Below, one piece after another: positions 10,655-24,065 of a stretch of DNA of 64,000 nt. The translations under genes and the position numbers were made by a program. Numbering within the stretch: the first letter of the stretch is position 1; every line of letters begins with the position of its first letter. The notes under the pieces were generated by a model that saw only the letters and a list, made by a program, of their open reading frames with translations, had not been told where the DNA came from and did no database searches. The stretch covers positions 7,150,861-7,214,860 of the forward strand of contig CM119268.1 in assembly GCA_051294375.1 (NCBI GenBank), read 5' to 3'. This stretch comes from Paraspadella gotoi. Taxonomy: Eukaryota > Animalia > Chaetognatha.

Positions 10655-10743
10655 AGGAAAACGAATTTTTTTCACGCTTTAACTTGTCCATTACATAAAA
10701 AATAAATGTTGTTAAAGCGCAAAAAAATTTTGTTTTCCTTTAA
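10651..10743. mobile_element. 85-bp MITE with TTAA TSD (Kolobok-type termini AG...CT)
   Basis: TTAA|AGGAAAACGAATTTTTTTCACGCTTTAAC ... GTTAAAGCGCAAAAAAATTTTGTTTTCCT|TTAA; ~29-bp imperfect TIRs. Confidence 0.75.
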
Positions 10744-10814
10744 TCTACAAATCTTCAAACAACAAACGAAAGGATTATCACAAATATTTAACCTAAATAT
10801 ATTTTTAAACTCAT

Positions 10815-11028
10815 GAACTAATCCCTAAACTTTATCCATTACCCTAATCCTGAACCTTAACTCAGAACCCTTATCCTTAATTTTTAACCCTTATCCCTAA
10901 CCTTAATCCCTAATCATTGGCCTAATTCCTAACCTAATCTCTAACCATAACTTCCTCCCCGATATTTAACTAAAAAAAAATTATTCTAATTGCCAATTAA
11001 AGTCGAAATGGGTCGTTCTGCAAAAATA
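10815..11028. repeat. Degenerate (CCCTAA)-like array with conserved 3' flank
   Basis: taatccctaa/cctaacct variants ending aaatgggtcgttctgcaaaaata; related copy at 27832-28088 and a fragment near 25870. Confidence 0.6.
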
Positions 11029-11365
11029 TGGCCGGAATTTGAAAATTTTTCTTCATTAACTGGTTGGCCTGTTGTCAAGGCCCCCCTGTATTACTCGGAA
11101 CATTTTTACGAGGGAAAAACTCACATCTCAAAGTCTGACGCTTCTTCAGAACGAAGATTATATTCGTACCGCAGTTTTCTTCTTAATTATCTTTTCTCGC
11201 TCGATATTCTCGAGTTCGTCTCTCAGGTCGGCGGTTCGCGCCCCGGGGATACAGTTTTTTTTTTTCCTTCCAATTTTGCATAAAAATTGTTCAATCTTCC
11301 ATCAACCCACGCGTGAGACTGAGAGGTCTGGACGTTCTGTGTTCTTGCGGACGTGAAGAACTGAA

Positions 11366-11425
<60 letters not shown>

Positions 11426-11820
11426 AAGTGAAACATTTTTAAAATGTTGAAATGTGTACATGTGTTGTCAATATTTATTCTTTTTTTTCTCTCTATGCAT
11501 TTTTCAAGATGTATTTCAGGGTGACGAATAATTTCAGTTCTGTTTAGGGAGACAAACAAGGACATTAGGAATATATGCGACAAACAAACACAGTTGTTTT
11601 TGCTGACAAACAAGCACAAGTTGCCTTTTGGATGACGAACAATCGTGAAAACGTGATTTACAAGCACAAAAGCTTCTCGGGTGAGGAACAAGCACAGAAT
11701 CGTTTTGGGAGTCAGGTGAACAATCAGAAGTGAGAGGAAAGCATTTTAGTTTGAATGGAGAAAAAGATTCGTGGAGAGAAAAATGACCAGAGTCCTTGAG
11801 AATCCATCGTTAAAACGAGA

Positions 11821-11881
<61 letters not shown>

Positions 11882-13867
11882 GCTCATTTTTTTCTGCTTT
11901 TTTCTGTCTGTCTTTCGCTTTCAAGTGGAAAATTTAATTTGCATAAAGTATATTCAATTCGAATGGATGAATTTTAACGCAGCTAATAACTTATCATCTC
12001 GATTAATTAGTTCAAATTGAAAAGATTATATAAATAGAGAAGGAAGAATGAGATAGAGAAAAAAAAAGGAACATAAGGAAAGAAAGAAAACGAAACTTGA
12101 GGGGGAAAAAATAAAAGAAAGAAAAAATAAATTGAGAAAAAGAGAAAAAAAAAGAAATATACAGTCAGATAGAAATATAGTAAAAGAAACAAAGTAAAGT
12201 TAAAAAGAAAGAGAGAAAGAAAGAAAAGAAAAGAAAAGAAAAGAAAAAACTTACAAAAAAAAAAATAAAGAAACTTGGAAAAAAAAAGAAGTTAAAAAGT
12301 GAAAAGAAGTTTGGCGAAAGAATCAACGAAGCAGAAAATCAGGGTCACTGATTCGGCTTTGGTCATTCACGAGGCGCCTTTCGCCCCATAAAAGGCTCTT
12401 TCACTCCACTCTGGCTTATCTCGCTCTATCGAAGCCCCCTGCAAGTCACCGAGGCTTATCTCAACCCATCAACACCATCGGAGCTTATCTCGCTCCATCG
12501 AAATCCAAAACACAGTCCAGGGCTAATTTTTTGGCGTAAAGCCCCGTTCATCCTACGTGACTTATTTCGCTAAATCTAAGCCCCAATGGCTCGTGCCCTT
12601 TACCAAAGCTTATTTCACCCCATAGAAGCTTCCTAAACTTTACTATTGCTTTTATCGCTCCACTGAAATTCAGTACACTCCTCTAGGGCTTATTTTTTCT
12701 CCGTTATCTCCCCACGGCTTATCTCGCTCCATAAAAGCTGACTTCCACCCACCATAGCTCATTCAGCCCCGTCAAAGTCCTTTTCACTCTGTTCTCACTT
12801 CTGCCATATAAAAAGATTTTCCCTATCGATTCCAGCTTTCACTCCACAAAAGCTCCTTCAATGCAATTAGTTTTTATTTGTTTTTTTTTTATTTGTAAAA
12901 AAAATTTCTTCGCCTTCATGACGGCCTCACTACGACACCAAGGCTCCAAAAATTGTTGTATCCTTCCTATTAAACTCGTCAGTTATGAAATAGCATGTCT
13001 GAAACAATTACGTATTAACATGTCATTTACTGAACTTTAACTTTAGATGCTAGGTCGACGTACATGGGTTTAACATTAGTGTTAAAGTATAAATTTACCA
13101 ATCTAATGTGCATTCTTCGAAAAGCCTAAAAAAACCCAAAAGACTTGATTACATATCCTGGAAAAGCGATTTTAAAAAAGGAAGAAGAAGAGGAAATGAA
13201 AAAGGAAGAGGAAGAGAAAGAGAAAGAGGAAATGAAAAAGAAAGATCGGATTCGAGATATTAAAAGATTTCAATTCAAGAGAGAAAAAAAAAATTCAGGC
13301 TAAAAAAAATTATGAAAACTTCGATTTTTTAACTGCGTAAAGATAAAAAAAAATATCAAATTAAAGATATAAAGCCAAAATTGACAAATTAATTGAAAGA
13401 AAATACCAACTTAAAATGAATATGTGTAAACTTCAAAATTTTAGCGGAAGCAATCAATTTTAAATGAGCGGAACAATGAAAAACAGAGCAACGAATTATC
13501 TTACGAATAAAAAAAAAAAAAAAAAAGAAAAAAGAAGCATAATATATATCGCTTAAATAGAAAGCAGAAAATCCCAGATGAAAAAGCGAAAACAAACGTT
13601 ACCACCACAAAAGGAGAAGAAAAAAAAAAGAAGAGAGAAAAAAAAGGAGGGAAAAAAAAATCCGCCCCGTCAGTATTTCTCTCCGCGTCGAACAGGGTCC
13701 CTCGCCCCACCCCCAGCTACCCACCTCCGCCCACCTACCCTCCCTGCTATCCACCTCCCGCCCCCTAACCACCTAACAGCCGTGCGACTGGAGGCTTCGT
13801 TACTAATTAGCGACCGAAAATAAGCAAAAACTCCACATGTTCACTTGTTCCGAAAAAATAAGGGGGC

Positions 13868-13909
13868 TTTTTTTTTCTGCTTCACGGAACCGTGAAGCAG
13901 AAAAAAAAA
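13868..13909. repeat. Perfect 42-bp palindrome
   Basis: T9-CTGCTTCACGG-aa-CCGTGAAGCAG-A9 (20-bp arms, 2-nt spacer); near-identical copy at ~18686-18725. Confidence 0.9.
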
Positions 13910-14301
13910 CCGTCGTTAAAAGTTCACGCCGATGACGACGACGATAACGACGACGATGTCAATGATGACCCTGACTTTGGCGACTCCATTGTCAGTACCA
14001 AGTACCAACCATGAGTCAGACGTGATGACAGCGACGATCACAATGAAAACGGAGATTGCCTCGATGTTGATGATGACAACGATAACTATGATGTAGTTAT
14101 TGATAACAACGACTACAAGGACGATGACGATAACGACGACGACAACGACGACGATAACGACGACGATGACGACGACGACGAGGACCAACGCTGAAAAACC
14201 TAGTCCTCTCTTGTAAGACTTTCCCTCTGCAAATCGCTCGCATGGGGAACGATGACTGACGAAAACCAGGCGAACGAAAAGAAGAGGAAAACGGGACACA
14301 A

Positions 14302-14347
<46 letters not shown>

Positions 14348-16001
14348 GAGAGGAGAAGAGAAGGAGAGAGAGAGAGAGAGAGAGAGAGAGACGCGGATTC
14401 ACACTCTACATCCATTCACTGGCACTCTTTCACACTAAACGCAGTGCAGCAACAGCCTGTGATATCCAGTACTCGGACTAATTCATTCACATTAATACAG
14501 TAATACAGTAATACAGTCTCTCACACACACACGCAGCCTGTGATAGCCATGCACAACCATTGATTCCCAGTCATTCTCAGTAACATTCAGTCAAACACAT
14601 TCACTACCAGTCACAAGTCACAAACTCCCCCAGTTCATCGATCGCTGCTCTTCGATCCAAATAGACCCCGTATGTAGAAAACAACATCGGCCAACGAAAC
14701 AAAAACTCGAACCAGATCGATACGGCAGAAACCTTTTCACTTGCTGAAGATTGCTCTCCTCCCTTTACTGGAAGCAGCGTAGGATCGGGTACTATCTGGT
14801 GGCACGTAGTCGAGCATTGTGCCAAGGTCACCCCGCCTATAATAATGGCCTTTTTAAGTTGTGTCCCGGTGGCTCATCGAAAAGTACCGTCAGCTCTTGA
14901 CCATCAGGTATCGAGAGCGATTCCCATCATCCCACTTGGCGCCTTATCCACATTCTTTTTAGACACCCTACTCAATTGACTGTTCTCGTAACTAAGCGTA
15001 CAACAGTGACTGCGTTCTACTTCTCAGGATCACTCGTACAACCGTGTGGACCAATGTTCTACGTCCCGCTGATTGCGGAGAGACAATTAACTCGAGACGG
15101 CTTTCGTGCGAACCTCCTTCAATCAACTCTCGCCCCAAAGACTCTTGACCAATTATCGACGAATCGATGTTGACGTCGTCTCGTCGACGCCCACGTCTAC
15201 AAACGCGTGCGCGTCAAAGACGAGTGCACTCGCACGCAAAATACTCTCTCTTTTGTCGTCCGCGCTTTAAATTTCTCGAGTACTTTGCGAAACTTTAGTA
15301 TACGACGCTTTTTATTTCAAGCGTAAAAGCTTGATGTATATCTGTATAACTTATTCTTTTTTTAAAAGATATTGTACAATGAAACGTTTCATGTATGTTT
15401 TACATTGATTTAAATAATAATCATATGATCATCGGCAAATTTCATCACGTGACAAAGAGACATCCATGTTTTTTTTTTTTAATTCAATGTTTTTCGGGTT
15501 TTTTTTTCTTTTCGAAAATGAGGTCGTTGCCTTCGTGCCCGATCGCCTTTCTCTCTCTCCATAGAGTTCTGTCGTTCGTCGTCTTCGTTCGTTCGTCGTC
15601 GTCGTCGTCGTCGTAGTCGTCGTCCCGCCGTCTTCATTATACGACTAATCGGGTTTCATTTGACGAACATTAATGGGTTTTTGATGGCATTTGACATCTT
15701 CGCTCCGCCCGTAGGACAGGAATCGATGGCGCGTGGAGACCCAGACAGAAAAAAAAAGTGTCTCTGTTTCCCCCCCGCCTTTTCTATTTTCTGGCGTTTG
15801 GTCTCGGCACCCCCCCCCGCCCGGGCGAGAGCTTTTCACGGGAATCTATGATGCCAAAATATATAATTCAAACCAAGCGCGAGGCTCCAGCCCCAAAAAA
15901 AGAATATTGAGCCATCTATCGTCAGCGATTGGAACAAACAAAACAAAAAGAGCGCAGAAGTGAAAAACTCAAACGAATATATAGGAGTGAGTGAGAGAGG
16001 T

Positions 16002-16067
<66 letters not shown>

Positions 16068-16170
16068 GAAATTTTGGCAGTTGGAGCCCTTCGAGTTGGC
16101 GTCGGGAAAAGAAATTCAGAACCAGACGACCGTGGCTGAAAGAACGAACGGAATAATGGGAAAAGAGGAT

Positions 16171-16232
<62 letters not shown>

Positions 16233-16842
16233 CGGAGAGAGAGAGAGAGAGGAGAGAAGAGAGAGAGAGAAGAAAAGAAAAGGAAAACGAAGGGAAATTT
16301 CGGGAGTAAAGAGGAAAAATCAAGCTCTCGGGTTTTTTCCGTGTTTGACTTTTTTTTTTTGCTTCTCTGCTTGTTTCTCTTTGCTTGCATGCAAGCAAAT
16401 ATTCTCGGCTTCTGTTTTTTTTTGGGCGTTTTTTTTTCTTTCTTTCTGCCATTTCTTTTTTACCTTTCTGTTTTTATTTCTTTCTTTTTTTACCTCTCTT
16501 TTCCCCTGACAAGTCTTTTTTTTCCCCTCTTTTTCCAACGATTTCCCTCCATTTTCTCCGCCTTGCCTTTCAGCGCGATCAACGAGCGCCTCTCATTGCT
16601 GAGGACAAATTGATTTAACCTATCTATTAGCGCCTTTTTCTCCCACTTGACTTTTCTTTTTCTCTTTTCTTCTTCTCTCTTTTACTTCTCTTCCTCTGCT
16701 TCGTTATAAATTCAATGGATTCTTTTCTCTATCTCTGTCGTCGTCGTGGTCGTCGCCGTCGTCGTCGTCGCCGCTTTCGTTACTGTCGAACGACATTGCC
16801 ACTCGTCGGTTAATTTTGACAACGATCGTGTTTTTGGCTTTT

Positions 16843-17052
16843 ATTATACTTTGATGTAAGTTTCTATTACTTTTAATCCCTTATTTATAACATATTCTTC
16901 CTAAATTTCGACCAACATCGAACTAATTGTGTTTATTATACTTTGATGTAAGTTTCTATTACTTTTAATACCTTATTTATAACATATTCTTCCTAAATTT
17001 CGACCAACATCGAACTAATTGTGTTTATTATGATTTGATGTAAGTTTCTATA
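16843..17052. repeat. 92-bp tandem repeat, ~2.3 copies
   Basis: attatactttgatgtaagtttctattac... at 16843 and 16935, partial third copy near 17026. Confidence 0.9.
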
Positions 17053-17266
17053 ACTTCTTTATGACCAATTCTTCCTTTCCCACGTAAAAGTTCCACTCTC
17101 AAAACTCCGCTCGGCCAATGACACTTCCCGATGACGCCAGACCGTCGACGCTCAAAAACATTTCTTTCTTCATTTGGCCTTAATAGTGTTTGCGCTGCAA
17201 CAAATTTTGCAATCGTTTTCTCGAAGGCAGAGAGAGAGAGANNNNNNNNNNNNNNNNNNNNNNNNN

Positions 17267-20200
17267 CCGAGGCTTATCTCAACCCATCAACACCATCGGA
17301 GCTTATCTCGCTCCATCGAAATCCAAAACACAGTCCAGGGCTAATTTTTTTGGCGTAAAGCCCCGTTCATCCTACGTGACTTATTTCGCTAAATCTAAGC
17401 CCCAATGGCTCGTGCCCTTTACCAAAGCTTATTTGCACCCATAGAAGCTTCCTAAACTTTACTATTGCTTTTATCGCTCCACTGAAATTCAGTACACTCC
17501 TCTAGGGCTTATTTTTTCTCCGTTATCTACCCACGGGCTTATCTCGCTCCATAAAAGCTGACTTTCCACCCACCATAGCTCATTCAGCCCGTCAAAGTCC
17601 TTTTCACTCTGTTCTCACTTCTGCCATATAAAAAGATTTTCCCTATCGATTCCAGCTTTCACTCCACAAAAGCTCCTTCAATGCAATTAGTTTTTATTTG
17701 TTTTTTTTTATTTGTAAAAAAAATTTCTTCGCCTTCATGACGGCCTCACTACGACACCAAGGCTCCAAAAATTGTTGTATCCTTCCTATTAAACTCGTCA
17801 GTTATGAAATAGCAATGTCTGAAACAATTACGTATTAACATGTCATTTACTGAACTTTAACTTTAGATGCTAGGTCGACGTAACATGGGTTTAACATTAG
17901 TGTTAAAGTATAAATTTACCAATCTAATGTGGCAATTCTTCGAAAAGCCTAAAAAAACCCAAAAGACTTGATTACATATCCTGGAAAAGCGATTTTAAAA
18001 AAAGGAAGAAGAAGAGGAAATGAAAAAGGAAGAGGAAGAGAAAGAGAAAGAGGAAATGAAAAAGAAAGATCGGATTCGAGATATTAAAAGATTTCAATTC
18101 AAGAGAGAAAAAAAAATTCAGGCTAAAAAAAATTATGAAAACTTCGATTTTTTAACTGCGTAAAGATAAAAAAAATATCAAATTAAAGATATAAAGCAAA
18201 ATTGACAAATTAATTGAAAGAAAATACCAACTTAAAATGAATATGTGTAAACTTCAAAATTTTAGCGGAAGCAATCAATTTTAAATGAGCGGAACAATGA
18301 AAAACAGAGCAACGAATTATCTTACGAATAAAAAAAAAAAAAAAAAGAAAAAAGAAGCATAATATATATCGCTTAAATAGAAGCAGAAAATCCCAGATGA
18401 AAAAGCGAAAACAAACGTTACCACTCACAAAAGGAGAAGAAAAAAAAAAGAAGAGAGAAAAAAAAGGAGGAAAAAAAAATCCGCCCCGTCAGTATTTCTC
18501 TCCGCGTCGAACAGGGTCCCTCGCCCCACCCCAGCTACCCACCTCCGCCCACCTACCCTCCCTGCTATCCACCTCCCGCCCCTAACCACCTAACAGCCGT
18601 GCGACTGGAGGCTTCGTTACTAATTAGCGACCGAAAATAAGCAAAAACTCCACATGTTCACTTGTTCCGAAAAAATAAGGGGGCTTTTTTTTTTGCTTCA
18701 CGGAACCGTGAAGCAGAAAAAAAAACCGTCGTTAAAAGTTCAACGCCGATGACGACGACGATAACGACGCAACTGATCAGACGAGCAGCACGATCACAGA
18801 CGGAGTTCCGATGTAAATGACGAAATCTATGATGTGTAATACAAGACTAAGGACGACGAGAGACCAACGACCATGAACGAGAGACAACGACGAGACATAA
18901 CAGTCCTCTCTTGGGTTCCGCGTACAAACGTTGCATTAAGGAAAAAAAAGACTCTTTCACTATTGTTCAGTTGTTACTTACAATGTTGATTAACTTTGTA
19001 CCCCAACACAAATTAGGCCGAACGAAGGATTGGTTAAAAACATCTCCACCCGTTTTTAATGATAAATAGTACCATTTTGGCAACTTTTAGCCAAAAAATT
19101 ATGTCCATTTTTGTCCATTTTTACTTACGACTTCTGATTTGAATTGCCAAGGAAAGTTGAGAAAAATTTTTTACTTTGGAAATCCGTTCTTTCTCATCTT
19201 CTTTACCTCTGGGTAAATTTATTAGCTTAAATCATTTATAGTTTGCCTATGAATTAATTTTAAAGTTAACAAGTCAAAAAGTTGGAGTTTCAGTCTTTAT
19301 CATAATTTGTTAAACAAAAATAAATCAAATTGGTTGAAATTAACAGAAAATATAGCCTATTGAATAAGCTTTTAACACCTATAAAATTATCAAAAAAACT
19401 TTTCTGGTTTAGCCACAAATAATTTTTAAAGACGTCTTTTATTTGTGACTTTTTGTGACTTGCATTTATTTTTGATAAAGAGAATATTTTCAACTCATTT
19501 ATTAGTTTTAAAAGTTGAGGTACATACTGACCTTGATTAATCAAAAAAACCGCTTCCTTTTAATCCACTGGAAAGCATCAGGACTTGTTTTTTCTCAAAA
19601 TCGACAGATTTTGCGGAAAATTTTTCCGCAAATCTGTCGATTTACTAAATTTGCTAGGCAACCAAAATTGAAAGAAAAATCACGCGCTACCGTTGATTTT
19701 CTTTCTTATAATGCATTTTAAATATTTTCTTTGATTTGGCTCAATGTAAACGTTGTGAGAGGGAAGACGAAATGGAAAACAAGAAAAAGAGAAGAGGAGA
19801 GAATAAAAGACAGGGCGAAAGGCAAAAAAAAGAAGGCAAATGGGGAGAAAAAATAGTGAGAAAAATAAAAGGTAGGAAATGAGGGGAAAATTGGAAAGAA
19901 AAAGAGGGAAAAGAAAGGGAAAGAGAGAAGGAGAGAAAAAATGTGAGGAAAGTGCATGAGTGGCAGAAAAAGGTAGGGGCCAAAAAATGGTAAGTGACAG
20001 AGTGAGAAGTAAGGGAGGAAAGAGGAAGAGGAAAAATATAAAGAAAGAGAAGAAAAGAAGTGAAGAAAAAGAATCGGGAAAGCGTATTAAGAAAAAAAAA
20101 TTGTATCAGATAATGTGGCGTCTAACCTAAAAACTTTTATGTAAGTAAAAGACGTGAAGATTCTTATGAGGAATTCGATCTTTAAAAATGATCTATACCA

Positions 20201-20571
20201 TAAAAATTCGAACATACTTATATCTAAAATTATGCAGTTAATGGATTAGATAAACAATCATTGAAGAAATCATGTCTTACGTATTTTTAACTCATAGAAT
20301 TTACCTGGGAAGTTTCTAAGTGATCAGAAGGAGATAACTTGAGACTACCGTTTTTTAAATGAAGTAAGCTTCATACTAACTAGTGAGATCAAGAAAGATG
20401 GTAATTATTGAAGTTCAGATTTCGTTGTCTAAAAGACATCGATCGTACGCGGAGCCCTTGTAAGACTTTCCCTCTGCAAATCGCTCGCATGGGGAACGAT
20501 GACTGACGAAAACCAGGCGAACGAAAAGAAGAGGAAAACGGGACACAAAATAGAGAGAGAGAGAGAGAGAG

Positions 20572-20662
<91 letters not shown>

Positions 20663-22272
20663 GCGGATTCACACTCTACATCCATTCACTGCACTCTTTC
20701 ACACTAAACGCAGTGCAGCAACAGCCTGTGATATCCAGTACTCGGACTAATTCATTCACATTAATACAGTAATACAGTAATACAGTCTCTCACACACACA
20801 CGCAGCCTGTGATAGCCATGCACAACCATTGATTCCCAGTCATTCTCAGTAACATTCAGTCAAACACATTCACTACCAGTCACAAGTCACAAACTCCCCA
20901 GTTCATCGATCGCTGCTCTTCGATCCAAATAGACCCCGTATGTAGAAAACAACATCGGCCAACGAAACAAAAAACTCGAACCAGATCGATACGGCAGAAA
21001 CCTTTTCACTTGCTGAAGATTGCTCTCCTCCCTTTACTGGAAGCAGCGTAGGATCGGGTACTATCTGGTGGCACGTAGTCGAGCATTGTGCCAAGGTCAC
21101 CCCGCCTATAATAATGGCCTTTTTAAGTTGTGTCCCGGTGGCTCATCGAAAAGTACCGTCAGCTCTTGACCATCAGGTATCGAGAGCGATTCCATCATCC
21201 CACTTGGCGCCTTATCCACATTCTTTTTAGACACCCTACTCAATTGACTGTTCTCGTAACTAAGCGTACAACAGTGACTGCGTTTCTACTTCTCAGGATC
21301 ACTCGTACAACCGTGTGGACCAATGTTCTACGTCCCGCTGATTGCGGAGAGACAATTAACTCGAGACGGCTTTCGTGCGAACCTCCTCAATCAACTCTCG
21401 CCCCAAAGACTCTTGACCAATTATCGACGAATCGATGTTGACGTCGTCTCGTCGACGCCCACGTCTACAAACGCGTGCGCGTCAAAGACGAGTGCACTCG
21501 CACGCAAAATACTCTCTCTTTTGTCGTCGCGCTTTAAATTTCTCGAGTACTTTGCGAAACTTTAGTATACGACGCTTTTTATTTCAAGCGTAAAAGCTTG
21601 ATGTATATCTGTATAACTTATTCTTTTTTTAAAAGATATTGTACAATGAAACGTTTCATGTATGTTTTACACTAATTATATATGATTTAAAAATAATAAT
21701 CATATGATCATCGGCAAATTTCATCACGTGACAAAGAGACATCCATGTTTTTTTTTTTTAATTCAATGTTTTTCGGGTTTTTTTTCTTTTCGAAAATGAG
21801 GTCGTTGCCTTCGTGCCCGATCGCCTTTCTCTCTCTCCATAGAGTTCTGTCGTTCGTCGTCTTCGTTCGTTCGTCGTCGTCGTCGTCGTCGTAGTCGTCG
21901 TCCCGCCGTCTTCATTATACGACTAATCGGGTTTCATTTGACGAACATTAATGGGTTTTTGATGGCATTTGACATCTTCGCTCCGCCCGTAGGACAGGAA
22001 TCGATGGCGCGTGGAGACCCAGACAGAAAAAAAAGTGTCTCTGTTTCCCCCCCCCCTCTTCTCTATTTTCTGGCGTTGGTCTCGGCACCCCCCCCCCGCC
22101 CGGGCGAGAGCTTTTCACGGGAATCTATGATGCTAATATATAATTCAAAACCAGCGCGAGGCTCCAGCCCCAAAAAAAAGAATATTGAGCCATCTATCGT
22201 CAGCGATTGGAACAAAACAAAACAAAAGAGCGCAGAAGTGAAAACATCACCGAAATATATAGGAGTGAGTGA

Positions 22273-22344
<72 letters not shown>

Positions 22345-22442
22345 TGAAATGGCAGTGGAGCCCTTCGAGTTGGCGTCGGGAAAAGAATCAGAACCAGACG
22401 ACCGTGGCTGAAAGAACGACGGAATAATGGGAAAAGAGGAAT

Positions 22443-22518
<76 letters not shown>

Positions 22519-23485
22519 AAAAAGAAAGGAAAACGAAGGGAAATTTCGGGAGTAAAGAGGAAAAATCAAGCTCTCGGGTTTTTCGTGTTTGACTTTTTTT
22601 TTTGCTTCTCTGCTTGTTTCTCTTTGCTTGCATGCAAGCAAATATTCTCGGCTTCTGTTTTTTTTGGGCGTTTTTTTTTCTTTCTTTCTGCCATTTCTTT
22701 TTTACCTTTCTGTTTTTATTTCTTTCTTTTTTACCTCTCTTTCCCCTGACAAGTCTTTTTTTTTCCCTCTTTTTCCAACGATTTCCCTCCATTTTCTCCG
22801 CCTTGCCTTTCAGCGCGATCAACGAGCGCCTCTCATTGCTGAGGACAAATTGATTTAACCTATCTATTAGCGCCTTTTTCTCCCACTTGACTTTTCTTTT
22901 TCTCTTTTCTTCTCTCTCTTTTACTTCTCTTCCTCTGCTTCGTTATAAATTCAATGGATTCTTTCTCTATCTCTGTCGTCGTCGTGGTCGTCGCCGTCGT
23001 CGTCGTCGCCGCTCCTTCGTACGTCGAACGGACATTGCCACTCGTCGGTAATTTTGACAACGATCGTATGTCTTTGGCTTTATATTATACTTTGATGTAG
23101 TTTCTATTACTTTTAATCCCTTATTTATAACAGTATTCTTCCCAAATTTCGACCAACATCGGAACTAATTGTGGTTTATTATACTTTGATGTAAGTTTCT
23201 ATTACTTTTAATACCTCATATTTATAACATATTCCTTCCTAAATTTCGACACAACATCGAACAATTGATGTTTATTATGATATTGATGTAAGTTTCTTAT
23301 AACTTCTTTATGACCAATTCTTCCTTTCCCACGTAAAAGTTTCCACTCTCAAAACTCCGCGTCGGCCAATGACAACTTCCCGATGACGCCAGACCGTCGA
23401 CGCTCAAAACATTTCTTGTCTTTCATTTGGCCTTAATAGTGTTTGCGCTGCAACAAATTTTGCAATCGTTTTCTCGAGCAGGGAG

Positions 23486-23490
<5 letters not shown>
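17267..23490 (+). repeat. Duplicated block 1, second copy (long-read-like, with 1.5-kb insertion)
   Basis: Collinear with 12449-17241, with scattered 1-nt indels, a garbled stretch at ~18770-18905 and an insertion at 18913-20457. Confidence 0.95.
18913..20457. mobile_element. Non-autonomous TIR DNA transposon (~1.55 kb), polymorphic
   Basis: Ends GGGTTCCGCGTACaaacgttg ... catcgatcGTACGCGGAGCCC. The empty site ctctcttgtaagac is seen at ~14206-14219. TSD reads TT (GGG termini) or CTTG (GG termini). No transposase ORF. Confidence 0.85.
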
Positions 23491-23545
<55 letters not shown>

Positions 23546-23552
23546 AGAAGAG

Positions 23553-23591
<39 letters not shown>

Positions 23592-23744
23592 AGACTGAGC
23601 CAGTCCACGGTGTTCCGTGAATTTTTCATGTAGCATTGCATTTGAAAGATGTGCCCGCGGCTCGCTTCAACAAGATTCGTAATTTTAAATGACGTCTTTC
23701 CTTTCCCTTTGTTGACAATTTTTATCTCATTTCTTTTTCTCTTC

Positions 23745-24065
23745 CGCTCTACTTTTGTTTTTCTTTTCCTGCTATATCTCTCTGCTTTTTTTAATGCTCT
23801 ACCTCTCTGCTCCTTTGCTTTCCTTTTTTTGCTCTACCTCTCTGCTCCGTTCCTTTCCTTTTTTGTTTGCTCTACCTCTCTGCTCCGTTCCTTTCCTTTT
23901 TTTTGCTATACCTCTCTGCTCCTTTCCTTTCCTTTTTTTTGCTTTACCTCTCTGCCCCTTTCCTTTCTTTTTTTTTGCTATACCTCTGCTCCTTACCTTT
24001 TCTTTTTTTGCTGTACCTCTCTGCTCCTTTCCTTTCCTTTTTTTTTGCTCTACCTCTCTGCTTCT
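23745..24065. repeat. ~35-bp minisatellite
   Basis: Unit tttgctctacctctctgctcctttcctttcctttt, about 9 copies. Confidence 0.9.

Larger units (their letters stand above)
12449..17241 (+). repeat. Duplicated block 1, first copy
   Basis: Starts ccgaggcttatctcaaccc; the same sequence restarts at 17267 directly after a 25-N gap (17242-17266). Confidence 0.95.

Noticed and set aside
11220-11275. B-box-like GGTTCGCGCCC followed by a T run
   Set aside because: No convincing A-box or tRNA stem; not enough for a Pol III gene or SINE call.
13916-14299. Val/Ile-rich 127-aa 'membrane' ORF
   Set aside because: Antisense reading of a degenerate (GAC/GAT)n repeat.
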